Shown: positions 1 through 10,805 of the stretch, in pieces
Numbering within the stretch: the stretch's first letter is position 1
How the letters are laid out: each line of letters opens with the position of its first letter
Source of the DNA: Octopus sinensis
Lineage: Eukaryota
Length of the DNA: 64,000 nucleotides
Direction: 5' to 3'
NCBI RefSeq assembly: GCF_006345805.1
Contig: NC_042997.1
Span: 129,518,001 to 129,582,000, forward strand
Made by a program: the position numbers and the translations under genes
Notes under the pieces: generated by a model
What the model saw: the letters and a program-made list of their open reading frames with translations, nothing else
Databases searched by the model: none
What the model was told of the DNA's origin: nothing

Positions 1-503
1 AGAAATTCCTCAAATTACTTGTATCAGATATGGTTACCAACCAATAGGCAGCCCTATAAGAGAAGAAATAGCCAAGTATGGGTGTGTGGTTAAGGGTTTG
101 CTACCATGGCAGAGTACCTTGATCAAATGCTTTCTATCAGAGAGAGAGAGAGAGAGGGGGGATTAACACACACCTTTGTGATTTTTGTTCTACACTGTGT
201 TACACATACTCTCTTGTCCTTGCATTCAAAAATGTAGTAGTGATTGGTTTATTGGAAATCTATACACCAAACTCAAGTGTTCTTCAATTGTGAAAAAAAG
301 TGCTCACTGAACAAATTCCTTTGTGATATTTGTTCCACACTAGAAGCTGGTTCATTGGAAACCTACAGTCAACATAATCATTCACCAACTGTGACATAAA
401 TTAAAAGCAGGATCAGAAAATAACTAAATTTTATCTATATAACATTCATAATTGGTATTACTTTAAAACCAAAATCAAAGCAGAATTAAAATCAGAAACC
501 TAC

Positions 504-558
504 CTTTCATTTCTACCACTTGAATCAGAAGATTGACTTTCAACAGCCAGATTTACAT
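504..558 (-). CDS. Coding exon (3rd visible) of RRM RNA-binding protein gene; end of RRM
   Basis: Minus strand tttctcAG|ATGTAAATCTG...GAAAG|GTAGGT; 55 nt, phase 1 in, phase 2 out. Reads (N)VNLAVESQSSDSSGRNE. Continues GQII from the 1557-1664 exon as GQIINVNLAVE, matching the RRM beta4 pattern (hnRNP C GQVLDINLAAE-like). Confidence 0.85.
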
Positions 559-1556
559 CTGAGAAATTAAACAATAAAATACATTAACTCATAAAACCCA
601 TTACAGTGTTAATTTAAATAAACTACAATCAAGTTTTCTTAACATATGTTGGTTTGGTTAGCGATCCTGTTAGAAATCTTACAATTAGAGCTAGCAGTTG
701 TGTTAATTTCTGATTTAGTTTATTGTTGAATGTAGTGGGTAGGACAACCAACATTGTCAACTGCCGCTATGGTAAAGAAAACCATTAAAAAAGGATCTTG
801 AGCAAATGGATCAAATTATTATGGTGGTAGAATGCAAGAAGTTTTTCATTAAAACCAAGCAAGGAGACAGCCACTTGAGATGAATGGGTAACAAATGCTG
901 TTCAAGCTATACCTGAGCATTACAACTAAGATCTTGTGTGCTAGTATTTTAAAATAAAATCAATGGAAGAAAAAAGAAAACACCTAAATGTAAATTAGCT
1001 ATCATAAAAAAAAATCTTTCTTGTTATTTTATCACTTAGTAACATCCAGTATAAATTGGACAGATTTTGCAATATAGTATATTTGCATATGTCATCTTAT
1101 CGAAAAATTATCAAAAATAAATGTTTTTTCTGGATTTAGCTTCCAATTATTTCTTCCTATAATGGATTAGATTACAAATGGTATTTAATAATGGAGATAA
1201 TTACGATGAATTACACTTATGAAATATTATCCAAATTTGACTGTTTACCAATTTGTAAGTGATATGAAACCATTCCGAGTAGAGCCAAACTCTGTTCAGT
1301 TGAGTAACACTGATGCGAGTATGGTCATATAATAAGGATTTTACTTTCTTTGAGATTTTCAAATATCTATTAGTGACTTGTATTGAGTAAGTTTGTAGAA
1401 ATGACAGGAACAGTAAACAAAAAAATGAAATAAAATGATAAATTATTTTGAAAATGCTGACATAGTTTTTAAGAGAAAGATCAGTGACATGGTTTCTGAC
1501 TGCTTAGCCTAACAGTAGTGTTTTGTAAAGAAATAGATAGAAACATTCATTCTTAC

Positions 1557-1664
1557 TTATTATCTGTCCTTTTATCATACAGAACATCTCCGCAGATATT
1601 GCTGCCTTTGCATCCTCTTCTTTCTCAAACTGAATGAAGGCACAATTATGATAACTTTCAATTG
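1557..1664 (-). CDS. Coding exon (2nd visible) of RRM protein gene; RNP1 motif
   Basis: ttttatttgcAG|CAATTGAAAG...ATAATAA|GTAAGA; 108 nt, phase 1/1. Reads (S)IESYHNCAFIQFEKEEDAKAAISAEMFCMIKGQII, i.e. RNP1 (NCAFIQF) and helix 2. Confidence 0.9.
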
Positions 1665-4144
1665 CTGCAAATAAAAGATCAAATTTGTATTGAAAATCAT
1701 ATTATGCAAACAAAAACATCATTTCAAGGCTGTTCAAATTTAAACCTTGTTAAAATACATGTCTATCTGAAATGTAGTTTCCAGATGCCATCAACTAATG
1801 CTGGTATCAAGAAACAGAACTCTAGCAGTAATGTCATGGTATTTTGTAGAACTACCAATTTTATCAAAAAATGATTAGATTTATAAATATTATCCTAGAT
1901 ATTTCTCCGAACATTGTTTTAAAGTGTTGTTTGCTTTAAGGGACAACTACTGCACACTATTGACCAGTTGTGTGAGTGAATGAAATTAAAGGGTTAAATT
2001 TGGTCAATTTTTTAATATCTGTTATTTAACACCAGGTTAGCTATGATTGTGCATAATTATGATCAAAGGCATTCTAGCTGTGACCATCCTGTCTTTTTCT
2101 CATGTGCAAGGCACTCAGGATCACATTATTCAATCTGCCCTTTTCTCAGATGAAGGGGTGTGATTCAAGAGAGGTAAGGTTGTTATTTCTTGCAGATCAA
2201 ATGACTATGTAAAGCACACTTGTAAAGAGCTACTGAAACTATGTGTTCATAAATGAATCAGCACAAAATTGATAGGACTATTACTATTAGTTGTCAACAG
2301 TAAAACTGTTCACTACTGAGTGTGCTTTCTTTCTACTGGCCAGTTTGAGTGTTCCGGTTGACTACAACTACAACCCTTGGTAAGATTTCTAGTTAGGTTT
2401 TAGAGTGACTGATAAAACTCATCCTTCTCTTGATCTATTGCAATCTACTCTAACCTCATCTGTTATTTATTTATCATCACCACCTTGGGTGCTTTTAGCA
2501 GAGTTCACTCAGTTGTAAGCATTCTGATCTGATTTTAGGCTTAGTAACCCATACTTTCTTCTTCCCTTTCCTCCTAGCAATCCTAAGATGCCTTGCAAAG
2601 GTCATGGCTGATGGTCTTTCTCCTCTGAGTAAGCCAAAAGAGAAAAGGAGGAAAATATGTGTTATTACTAGTGATAAGGCATCTTTTTTTCCCCACAACT
2701 TTTTTATGCATTACCTTATCTTTTCCATTATCTTTCCTGTTACATATTTCAGTCACTGGACTCTGGTTATGCTGGGCACCACCTTGAATGTGAACAAAGT
2801 GACCCCAGTACTTATTTCTTAAGCCTGGTACTTATCCTATCAGACTCTTTTGTTGAACCACTGAATTATGGCAATGTAAACAAACCAACACTGGTTGACA
2901 AGCAGTGTGGGACACACACACAAGACAATCTTCCAAACAGTTTGTCTACCAAATTCACTCATAAGGCACTGGTTAACTCAGGATTATAACAGAAGGTGCC
3001 ACACAGTGAGAAAGAATCCAAAACCGAGCTTCTTAAAACCAGTCATGGTTATGCCTAGAGATAGTTTTCTAAATTTGGATGACTCTCCAATGAAAGGCAA
3101 GTGTTAAATTTCTTATAATTTTTCTTGTTACACTCTTCCTCTACCCAAATGACATTCAGAGTAATATCATGTCAGCAAAACATGTCCCTACAACAGGTTT
3201 TTATCTGGCTTTTGAACAAAGACATCAGAAGTAAAAAAAACAAAGTGAATGAAAATATTGAAGAAAATACTTTTGGGAAAAAAATGATATTTCCAGCAAA
3301 TTTGAAGACACAATAACAAACAAAGCATACATGTAAATCTCTTCCATGTCAAATAAAGAAAATAGCAAGTAAGCTAATAGTTTCAAATTTGCTTACAACT
3401 ACAAGTAAATTTTTAAGCTGGTGCAGACACTAAATACTTGGCAATGTTTTGTAACACAAGCTAAGTATCTCTACTTGACTTTTTAATTTAAAAAAAAAAA
3501 GTTTTCCTCATACCTTGAGGGAAGAATTACAGTTAGCTGTAGCTGACATGTGAGAAGAAATATCACATCCATAGAGCAAAGGTACAGCTAAGGCACAGGG
3601 TGTGCTAGTTTTTAAAATTTCCACAGCTTTTTAATGCATTACCTTATCTTTTCTTTTGGCTTTCTTGTTACACATTTGAGTCACTGGACTGTAACTATGT
3701 TGGGCAACTGCCTTGAACACGAACAAATTGACTGCAGTACTTATTTCTTAAGCCTGGTACTTATATTGTCAGATTCTTTTGCCCAACTGCTTATATAAGT
3801 GGGGGGAATATTTGAGATAGGAGAGGTGGCTTTATGGTGTTGAGAGGCTGCAGTATGACTGAGAGACAAGTGCAGGTGTCTTGCTATAGTAAAGATACAT
3901 GGCTACCCAGAATTTTGTAAAGGTGGGTAGGAGTACTTGGGGTGATAGTGATGGGGTGACAAAATACAAGAAGGTGAGCATGAGAGGATACAATCGACTG
4001 GGGAAGGAAGAAGAGAATATATATATGTGAGTGTGCATATACACACACATGCATACCACTTATGTATCGCTACATCTCCCTCCCCACTGTTCATAAAATT
4101 TGCACATCAACTTCCTACCTTCTGATCTATCTTCACTCACATAT

Positions 4145-4400
4145 ATCATCAACATTTAACATCCAGTCTCCATGCTGGTATGGATTGGATGGTCTGACAC
4201 GGAGCAGGCTAGTAGGGAGCTGTCCAGACTCTGTTGTGGCACGGTTTCTATTGGCTGGATGCCATTCCTAAAGCCAACCACTTAACGGTGTGCTAGGTGC
4301 TTTTTAAGTGGCACTGACAATCTTGTATGTGTGAAAGACAATTTTACTTAGCTTGATATGTCTTACCAAGTACAGCAAATCGCCACGTCTCCCGATCCTT
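4145..4400 (-). mobile_element. Old RTE LINE 3' end fragment
   Basis: Degenerate copy of the RTE terminal segment (catcaacatttaacatcc...ctggatgccattcctaa) seen throughout the window. Confidence 0.6.
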
Positions 4401-4446
4401 TGTCATTTCCTCACACACACACAAACAAACACAAGGTGCATGCATG

Positions 4447-4775
4447 TCTGTGTGGTTAAGAAATTTACTTTGCACCCATGTTTCAGGTGTCTTCTACTAT
4501 TGTCCTAGGCCAACAAATGCTTTGTGAGTGAATTTAGTAGACAGAAACTGAGTGGAAACCTGTCATACAAGCGTTTATATGTGTTTGCTTGAGCGTCTTA
4601 GTGCATGTTTCCCAACTGCTTGACAACTGGTGTAGGTTTATGTCCCCATAACTTAGCAGTTTGGCAAGAGTACAGCAGAATAAGTACCAAACTTAAAATA
4701 AGTGTTGGGGTCAATTTCTTCATCTAACCCTTCAAGGAATGGCTCCAATGACTGAAACAAGGGTAAAAAAGAATG
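4447..4775 (+). mobile_element. tRNA-derived CORE-type SINE, degenerate
   Basis: Same head/body/tail order as the 7721-8104 copy (gtgtggttaagaa...gaataagtacc...atgactgaaacaag). Confidence 0.65.
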
Positions 4776-5629
4776 GACGAACACACACACACACACGGAT
4801 GTATATGTATGTTCCATTTTATTTTAAAGCTATGATTTTGCCCATTTTCTCATGTTAGCATAGGTTAGACAAATATATTTTATAGCTGGATGCCCTTCCT
4901 GTTCTTAACCGTTACCTGTTTTCCACTCTTGCTTCACACAATTTTGAAGGTGTGAAGACTGGGTAATTTGTTGACAAGAGAAGTAGCAATAACATCACTC
5001 ATAGCCAGCAACTTTTATGAAGCATACATGCAAACAAACAAACATCCATGCACATGCACACATGCATAAACAAACATACTGGGTTTCTTTCTGGTTGTCT
5101 ACCATATTCACTTATGGCTTTGGTTGGCTTGACTACAGTAAAAGATACTTATCCAAGATGCTATGCCTGCACAGAGATATCAAGTTAATAGACAGATACT
5201 GAAAGAGTTATAGTGTAACTTACCAGGAAGAGAATCAACCTAGATGAGATACTGTATGGTTGTGTGTTGGAAAAGAAGTATCACTTTCTTAGCAGTGAGA
5301 CAACTTGATACATAAATTATATGATGATGTTTGATGGATGCCACCAGTCTGATCTGATCTGGACCAGTCACACCTATCAAATATCATCATCAAACATCAA
5401 TCAAATATTAAACCCTAACCCTATACCTAACCATTCCAAATCAGACCGGCATATGTATACAAGTATGTGTATGTGTGTCCTCTCCGTCTGTGTCTGTCTC
5501 TCTATATATGTATATAGCCTATCATAGTGATGTCAATATCTATTTCAGTGTAGTATTTACTTCATTAAGGCATGAGTTTAGCTTCAAACAACTTCTATGC
5601 ATGCATGCATATATATATATATATATATA

Positions 5630-6800
5630 CTAGCTGAAGGTGACCCGCTCTACGCGCGGGTAAGAGTGTGGTTGTTACTTTCTGTTGCTTCCTTTCAGCA
5701 CGTAAAAAGCACCATCCGAACGTGGCCGATTGCAGCGCCGCCTTGACTAGCTTCTGTACCGGTGGCACGTAAAAAGCACCAACCGATCGTTTGCGCTGCG
5801 AGTTCCCCTGGCACCTGTGCCGGCGGCACGAAAAAAGCACCCACTACACTCACAGAGTGGTTGGCGTTAGGAAGGTCATCCACCTGTAGAAACACTGCCA
5901 GATCAGACTGGAGCCTGGTGCAGCCTCCTGGCTTCCCAGACCCCGGTCAAACTGTCCAACCCGTGCTAGCACGGAAAACGGACATTAAACGATGATGATG
6001 ATGATTCTCCCTCTTTGTTTCTCTCTCACTTTCCCCACTCTCTTACTCTTCCTTTCTCTCGGACTCTCCCTCGCTTTCTCTTACTCTCTATCTTTATCTA
6101 TCTCTCTCCCATTTATAAACAACAAAAGATCTTGAGTAAGTTGAGAAATAAAATATTTAGAAAGATCAATCATAAATATCAGGCAGTGGCAATGGAAAGG
6201 TCTGCTTCAAGGCAGACAGCAAAACGCTAACATTTAAAAGGGACAGACAAACTTGCGAGCTGAATAAAAATAATAAAATATTGGAAACCAAAGTTTGAAG
6301 GGATAGAATCTGAGGATAGTAGAGTCACCATGGCTGGCATTTCTTAATGACGGACAGCAACGTATTGACAGTTTAACGACTGGCGTAAAATTTTGAACTT
6401 GATGTAAAAGAAAATTCGTAAACACCAAGTTTTGAAGTGATTCTTTCTCACGACAGTAGACTCACCATGGCAAGCATTCAAAACTTCTTCATCATGGACG
6501 GCAACACATTGACGATTAAAAGGCTGGTGCAAATTTTTTAGCTTGATGTAACAGAGAATTCCTAAACACTCGCTCCTTTAAATTTTAATCCCCTTCCAGC
6601 CCCATTTAGACCCTTTTTCACATTTTGGTTAATATAACTCGATTTCATTCGGGTCTACTGGGGCCACATTTTATAAGATGAGGAATTTTGTCCTAGAGGT
6701 CATGCCTTTCATTTGAGGAAAAAAATAGTTGTCATGCAAACTTGCCAGCACTTTTAACATAGGTGTGCATATTTTCAGCTGAACCAACTGACCACATAAT
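5630..6800 (-). mobile_element. Non-autonomous Helitron (3' end at 5630), interrupted by an RTE tail
   Basis: Minus strand CCCGC-gcgtaga-GCGGG hairpin, 10 nt, then CTAG|T, the canonical Helitron 3' terminus. Internal ~137-bp tandem repeat at 6330-6570. 5' boundary uncertain. Confidence 0.55.
5698..6004 (+). mobile_element. RTE LINE 3' UTR/tail, young copy
   Basis: GGCACGTAAAAAGCACC repeats, gagtggttggcgttaggaagg segment and (GAT)n tail, matching the 3' end of the ORF-bearing RTE copies at 33-37 kb and 46-49 kb. Confidence 0.85.
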
Positions 6801-6833
6801 GCACACATTATATATACAAATTATATATATATA

Positions 6834-7520
6834 TCATCATCATCGTTTAACGTCCGTTTTCCGCGCTAGCACGGGTTGGACGGTTCAACCGGGGTCTGGG
6901 AAGCCAAGCACTGCACCAGGCTCCAGTCTGATCTGGCAGAGTTTCTACAGCTGGATGCCCTTCCTAACGCCAACCACTCCGCGAGTGTAGTGGGTGCTTT
7001 TTACGTGCCACCTGCACAGGTGCCAGGGGGGTCCGGCATCGGCCACGATCAGTTGGAGCTTTTAACGTGCCACCAGCACGGAAGCCAGCCAGGGCGGCAC
7101 TGGCAACGGCCACGTTCGGATGGTGCTTTTTATGTGCCACCGGCACAGAAGCCAGTCAAGGCAGCGCTGGCATCGGCCACGTTCGGATGGTGCTTTTTAT
7201 GTGCCACCGGCACAGAAGCCAGTCAGGCAGCGCTGGCAACAGCCACGTTCAGAGATGGTTGCTTTTTGTGCTAACCGGCACAGAAGCCAGTCGATGTGGC
7301 GCTGGCAACGGCCACGTTCGGATGGTGCTTTTTTTGTGCCACCGGCACAGGTATCACAACTACTATTTCCATTGATATTTATTTTGATGTTCATGTACTT
7401 GACTCAATAGGTCTCCTCAAGCACAGCGGGACGTACTGGAATCCAGGGTACTTTGAATGGGCAGGGGCTATGCGGAACTGGTGCAGGAAGCAGCCCGGGT
7501 CTTTGCAGTCACAGCGTTAA
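6834..7520 (-). mobile_element. RTE LINE 3' UTR with ~5 internal ~60-bp repeats
   Basis: (CAT)n tail at 6834; repeated gtgccaccggcacagaagccagtc...ggatggtgctttttat units. Confidence 0.85.
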
Positions 7521-7720
7521 TTAATCTCCTATTGCTTTGGTTAACTAAAGTTATGAACAAAAATACATTCGTAAATTAAAATACTCAAAACGGAATATGT
7601 TTCTATTTTTACTTCTTAATCAAAGGAAGAGGAATCGGTGAAAAGACGTCGGTTTGTTTGCTAAACAAATAGTGCGAGCAGTTGTACCAACACTCTACGA
7701 AAAAATTGAACGGTAAATAC

Positions 7721-8104
7721 ATTCTTTTACTTGTTTCAGTCATTTGACTGCGGCCATGCTGGAGCACCGCCTTTATCGAGCAACTCGACCCGGGACTTAT
7801 TCTTTTGTAAGCCCAGTACTTATTCTATCGGTCTCTTTTGCCGAACCGCTAAGTAACGGGGACATAAACACACCAGCATCAGTTGTCAAGCAATGCTAGG
7901 AGGACAAACACACACATGCATATATATATATATATACATATATATGACGGGCTTCTTTCAGTTTCCGTCTACCAAATCCACTCACAAGGCTTTGGTCGGC
8001 CCGAAGCTATAGTAGAAGACATTTGCCCAAGGTGCCACGCAGTGGGACTGAACCTGGAACCATGTGGTTAGTAAACAAGCTACTTACCACACAGCCACTC
8101 CTGC
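7721..8104 (-). mobile_element. tRNA-derived CORE-type SINE, full length with central microsatellite
   Basis: Minus strand gcaggagtggctgtgtggtaag (A box), ggttcagtccc (B box), gcaccttgggcaa CORE-like segment, central (TG/TA)n, tail atgactgaaacaagtaaaagaat. Confidence 0.8.
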
Positions 8105-8130
8105 ACATTATTTAATTTAGTAATATAAAG

Positions 8131-8437
8131 TGGTGGAGGCACATGGCCTAGTGGTTAGAGCAGCGGACTCGCTGTTGAGGGATCGCGTGTTTGAATCTCA
8201 GACCGGGCGATGGTGTGTGTTTATGAGTGAAACACCTAAGCTCCACACGGCTCTGGCAGAAGGTAATGGCGAACTTCTGCTGACTCTTTCGTCACAACTT
8301 TCTCTCACTCTTTCCTCCCGCATCTTGCAGCTCACCTGCGACAGACCGGCGTCCCATCCAGGTGGGGAACCTATATGTCAAGGAAACTGGAAAACCGGCC
8401 CTTATGAGCCAGGCATGGCTTGAGAAGGAACAAACAA
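8131..8437 (+). mobile_element. tRNA-derived SINE (second family)
   Basis: ggcacatggcctagtggttagagcagcggactc (A box) ... gtttgaatctc (B box); same head as 49196-49488; conserved ggcgtcccatccagg block. Confidence 0.75.
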
Positions 8438-8532
8438 TATAAAGTGATGTAGCTATCCATAGTGCCAGTCTTAGACACATAAGAGGTCCTAAGGGTATGT
8501 AATATACTCTTAGTAGAATAAAAATAAAATAG

Positions 8533-8658
8533 GGGCTGTGTGGTAAGAAGCATGCTTCCCAACCACATGGTTCCGGGTTCAGTCCCACTGCGTGGCACCC
8601 TGGGCAAGTGTCTTCCACTACAGCCTCGGGCTGACCGAAGCCGTGAGAGTGGATTTTG
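8533..8658 (+). mobile_element. CORE-type SINE head fragment
   Basis: ggctgtgtggtaagaag...ggttcagtcccactgcgtggcaccctgggcaagtgtc, the reverse complement of the head of 7721-8104. Confidence 0.75.
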
Positions 8659-9060
8659 TTCAGGAATTTGGACCTGGAGATCTCCATTTCCAGCGACTTC
8701 GAGGGCCACCTCCCAGTGGCATCGAGCGTCAACGAAGAGCCCTCGACTACAAGATGACCAAAGTTTTTTTTTTTTACAAGGTCTGGGGTCTCCCGCCCCT
8801 AAGCCCTAGACCATCACCTAATCACCCTTACCTGTCTTGTTGCTTAACAACAACAACCCATACCAGCACAATGCCAAACCATGTTTACAATCTACTTTCG
8901 GTTCCCGGTTAAAACAGTTTCACATGACTTACATTGTCTGCATCTTTGAGAACCTTACATCGTCCCACTTCTCCATCCCTCTAAACCTAGAACCTTGAGC
9001 TTCATCGAAAGAAATCACTATAAACGAAAAACATGTGTTTTGTATTTCAGATCGTCTTGC

Positions 9061-9575
9061 ATGGAAATAGATGAGGAAGAGAGATCTCGAAGAAATTCCA
9101 GAATCTCACACTGAGAGACTTGAAAGCATTACAAAATATTCAGAGAGATTCGAGAGGAATTATAACAGAACCCGAGGAAGTTCCAAGTGACATCGTGAGA
9201 AGAGCATCGTTAGAATTCGAAGAATTCGAGAGAATCTACAGAGGTTCCAGGAGGGGAACAGCATTTAATCTAGAAAAAATAGCGGACATTCATGGCGATT
9301 TCAAGAGCTGTTCAGGCGTTTTAGTAAATAGTGTAGAGACAAATAGTAGACTGAAATACCGGACATCTAAGCCTAAAATGTATGATAATGACACGACTGT
9401 TCATTATGATAAATTAAGCCAGTTAGTTGATAAATATGATGCCAAAACCAAACATCCTGACACTCGTCTTCAAGAAGTGCCAAAAGCTAAATCGCTTAGT
9501 GAAAGTCATGTACCTGTTCGACTGGGTTCAGCCAAGCATACAGTTGTACCCCCAATACATACTTCTACGATTTGA
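9061..9575 (+). CDS. Candidate nested antisense coding exon (~170 aa, unknown protein) with one apparent frameshift
   Basis: Stop-free frame 9075-9572 (166 codons) in AT-rich non-repeat DNA; acceptor tttgtatttcAG at 9050; ATG at 9061. Removing one AG from GAGAGA (9079-9084) gives MEIDEEEISKKFQNLTLRDLKALQN...PIHTSTI*. No domain recognised. Confidence 0.4.
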
Positions 9576-9725
9576 TGTAATATATATATATATATATATA
9601 TATAACAATTTAGGAATGGCCTAGACAGGCCATTCGTCCACTAGAAAGAGCAGCCATAACTCCAACCGCCAAGTAGTGTAATTCGGAAATAAGGTGAAAA
9701 TTTAAAAACATTTACCCTAATTCAT

Positions 9726-9824
9726 CTTTTATACGATGCATCGTTTCAGTGTCTTTAATGATAGACCAGCTTAATTAAATTAAATTAAGCTAGTCTACCA
9801 TAGGTCACACTTCATCAGTAAAAG
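9726..9824 (-). ncRNA. Type I hammerhead ribozyme, intact core
   Basis: Minus strand CUUUUA-CUGAUGA-AGUGU...ACACU-GAAA-CGAUGCAUCG-UA^UAAAAG. Stem I is 6 bp; stem II is extended by a ~19-bp hairpin; stem III is palindromic; the triplet is GUA. Confidence 0.9.
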
Positions 9825-10411
9825 AAACCTGGGAGAGACGGATATATACGAGGCGACTGTATCAATGCCTCGGGAATATCTGTCTTAAAATTTTCAAGAC
9901 CAACGCATTCGCGCCAAACTTATCGGCAGCAAATATAAACTGCCGATTCAATCTCAGAATTAGTCAGAAAATTATCAATTAATCAATTTAGGGTAGCAAA
10001 AAATTCAGTAAAAATTTATCGCTACCAGCGGCCTAATGGAAAAGAGAAAATAGTCAAAGACTAAATATGTATAATATAACAATTTAGGAATGGCCTAGAC
10101 AGGCCATTCGTCCACTAGAAAGAGCAGCCATAACTCCAACCGCCAAGTAGTGTAATTCGGAAATAAGGTGAAAATTTAAAAACATTTACCCTAATTCATC
10201 TTTTATACGATGCATCGTTTCAGTGTCTTTAATGATAGACCAGCTTAAATTGATTAATTGATAATTTTCTGACTAATTCTGAGATTGAATCGGCAGTTTA
10301 TATTTGCTGCCGATAAGTTTGGCGCGAATGCGTTGGTCTTGAAAATTTTAAGACAGACATTCCCGAGGCATTGATACAGTCGCCTCGTATATATCCGTCT
10401 CTCCCAGGTTT

Positions 10412-10510
10412 CTTTTACTGATGAAGTGTGACCTATGGTAGACTAGCTTAATTTAATTTAATTAAGCTGGTCTATCATTAAAGACACTGAAACGATGCAT
10501 CGTATAAAAG
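10412..10510 (+). ncRNA. Type I hammerhead ribozyme, intact core
   Basis: CTTTTA (10412-17), CTGATGA (10418-24), AGTGT...ACACT (10425-88), GAAA (10489-92), CGATGCATCG, TA^ (cleavage after 10504), TAAAAG (10505-10). Confidence 0.9.
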
Positions 10511-10771
10511 ATGAATTAGGGTAAATGTTTTTAAATTTTCACCTTATTTCCGAATTACACTACTTGGCGGTTGGAGTTATGGCTGCTCTTTCTAGTGGAC
10601 GAATGGCCTGTCTAGGCCATTCCTAAATTGTTATATTTATACATATTTAGTCTTTGACTATTTTCTCTTTTCCATTAGGCCGCTGGTAGCGATAAATTTT
10701 TACTGAATTTTTGCTACCCTAAATTGATTAATATATATATATATATTATATATATATATATATATATGTAT

Positions 10772-10805
<34 letters not shown>

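Larger units (their letters stand above)
9601..10732. mobile_element. Retrozyme-like non-coding element: 474-nt unit in tandem (9601-10248) plus inverted permuted copy (10246-10732), flanked by (TA)n
   Basis: 9601-9774 recurs at 10075-10248 (offset 474). 10246-10635 is the reverse complement of 9601-9990, and 10636-10732 is the reverse complement of ~9978-10074. About 3 differences overall; no ORF; contains hammerhead ribozymes. Confidence 0.85.

Noticed and set aside
6876-7520. Regularly spaced ~60-bp repeats resembling a CRISPR array, with overlapping ORFs
   Set aside because: Eukaryotic context; the 'spacers' are homologous to each other, the block sits in RTE 3' UTRs, and there are no cas genes.
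9071-9190. Short ORF MRKRDLEEIPESHTERL... (39 aa)
   Set aside because: An overlapping frame; the longer 9075-9575 frame explains the region better.
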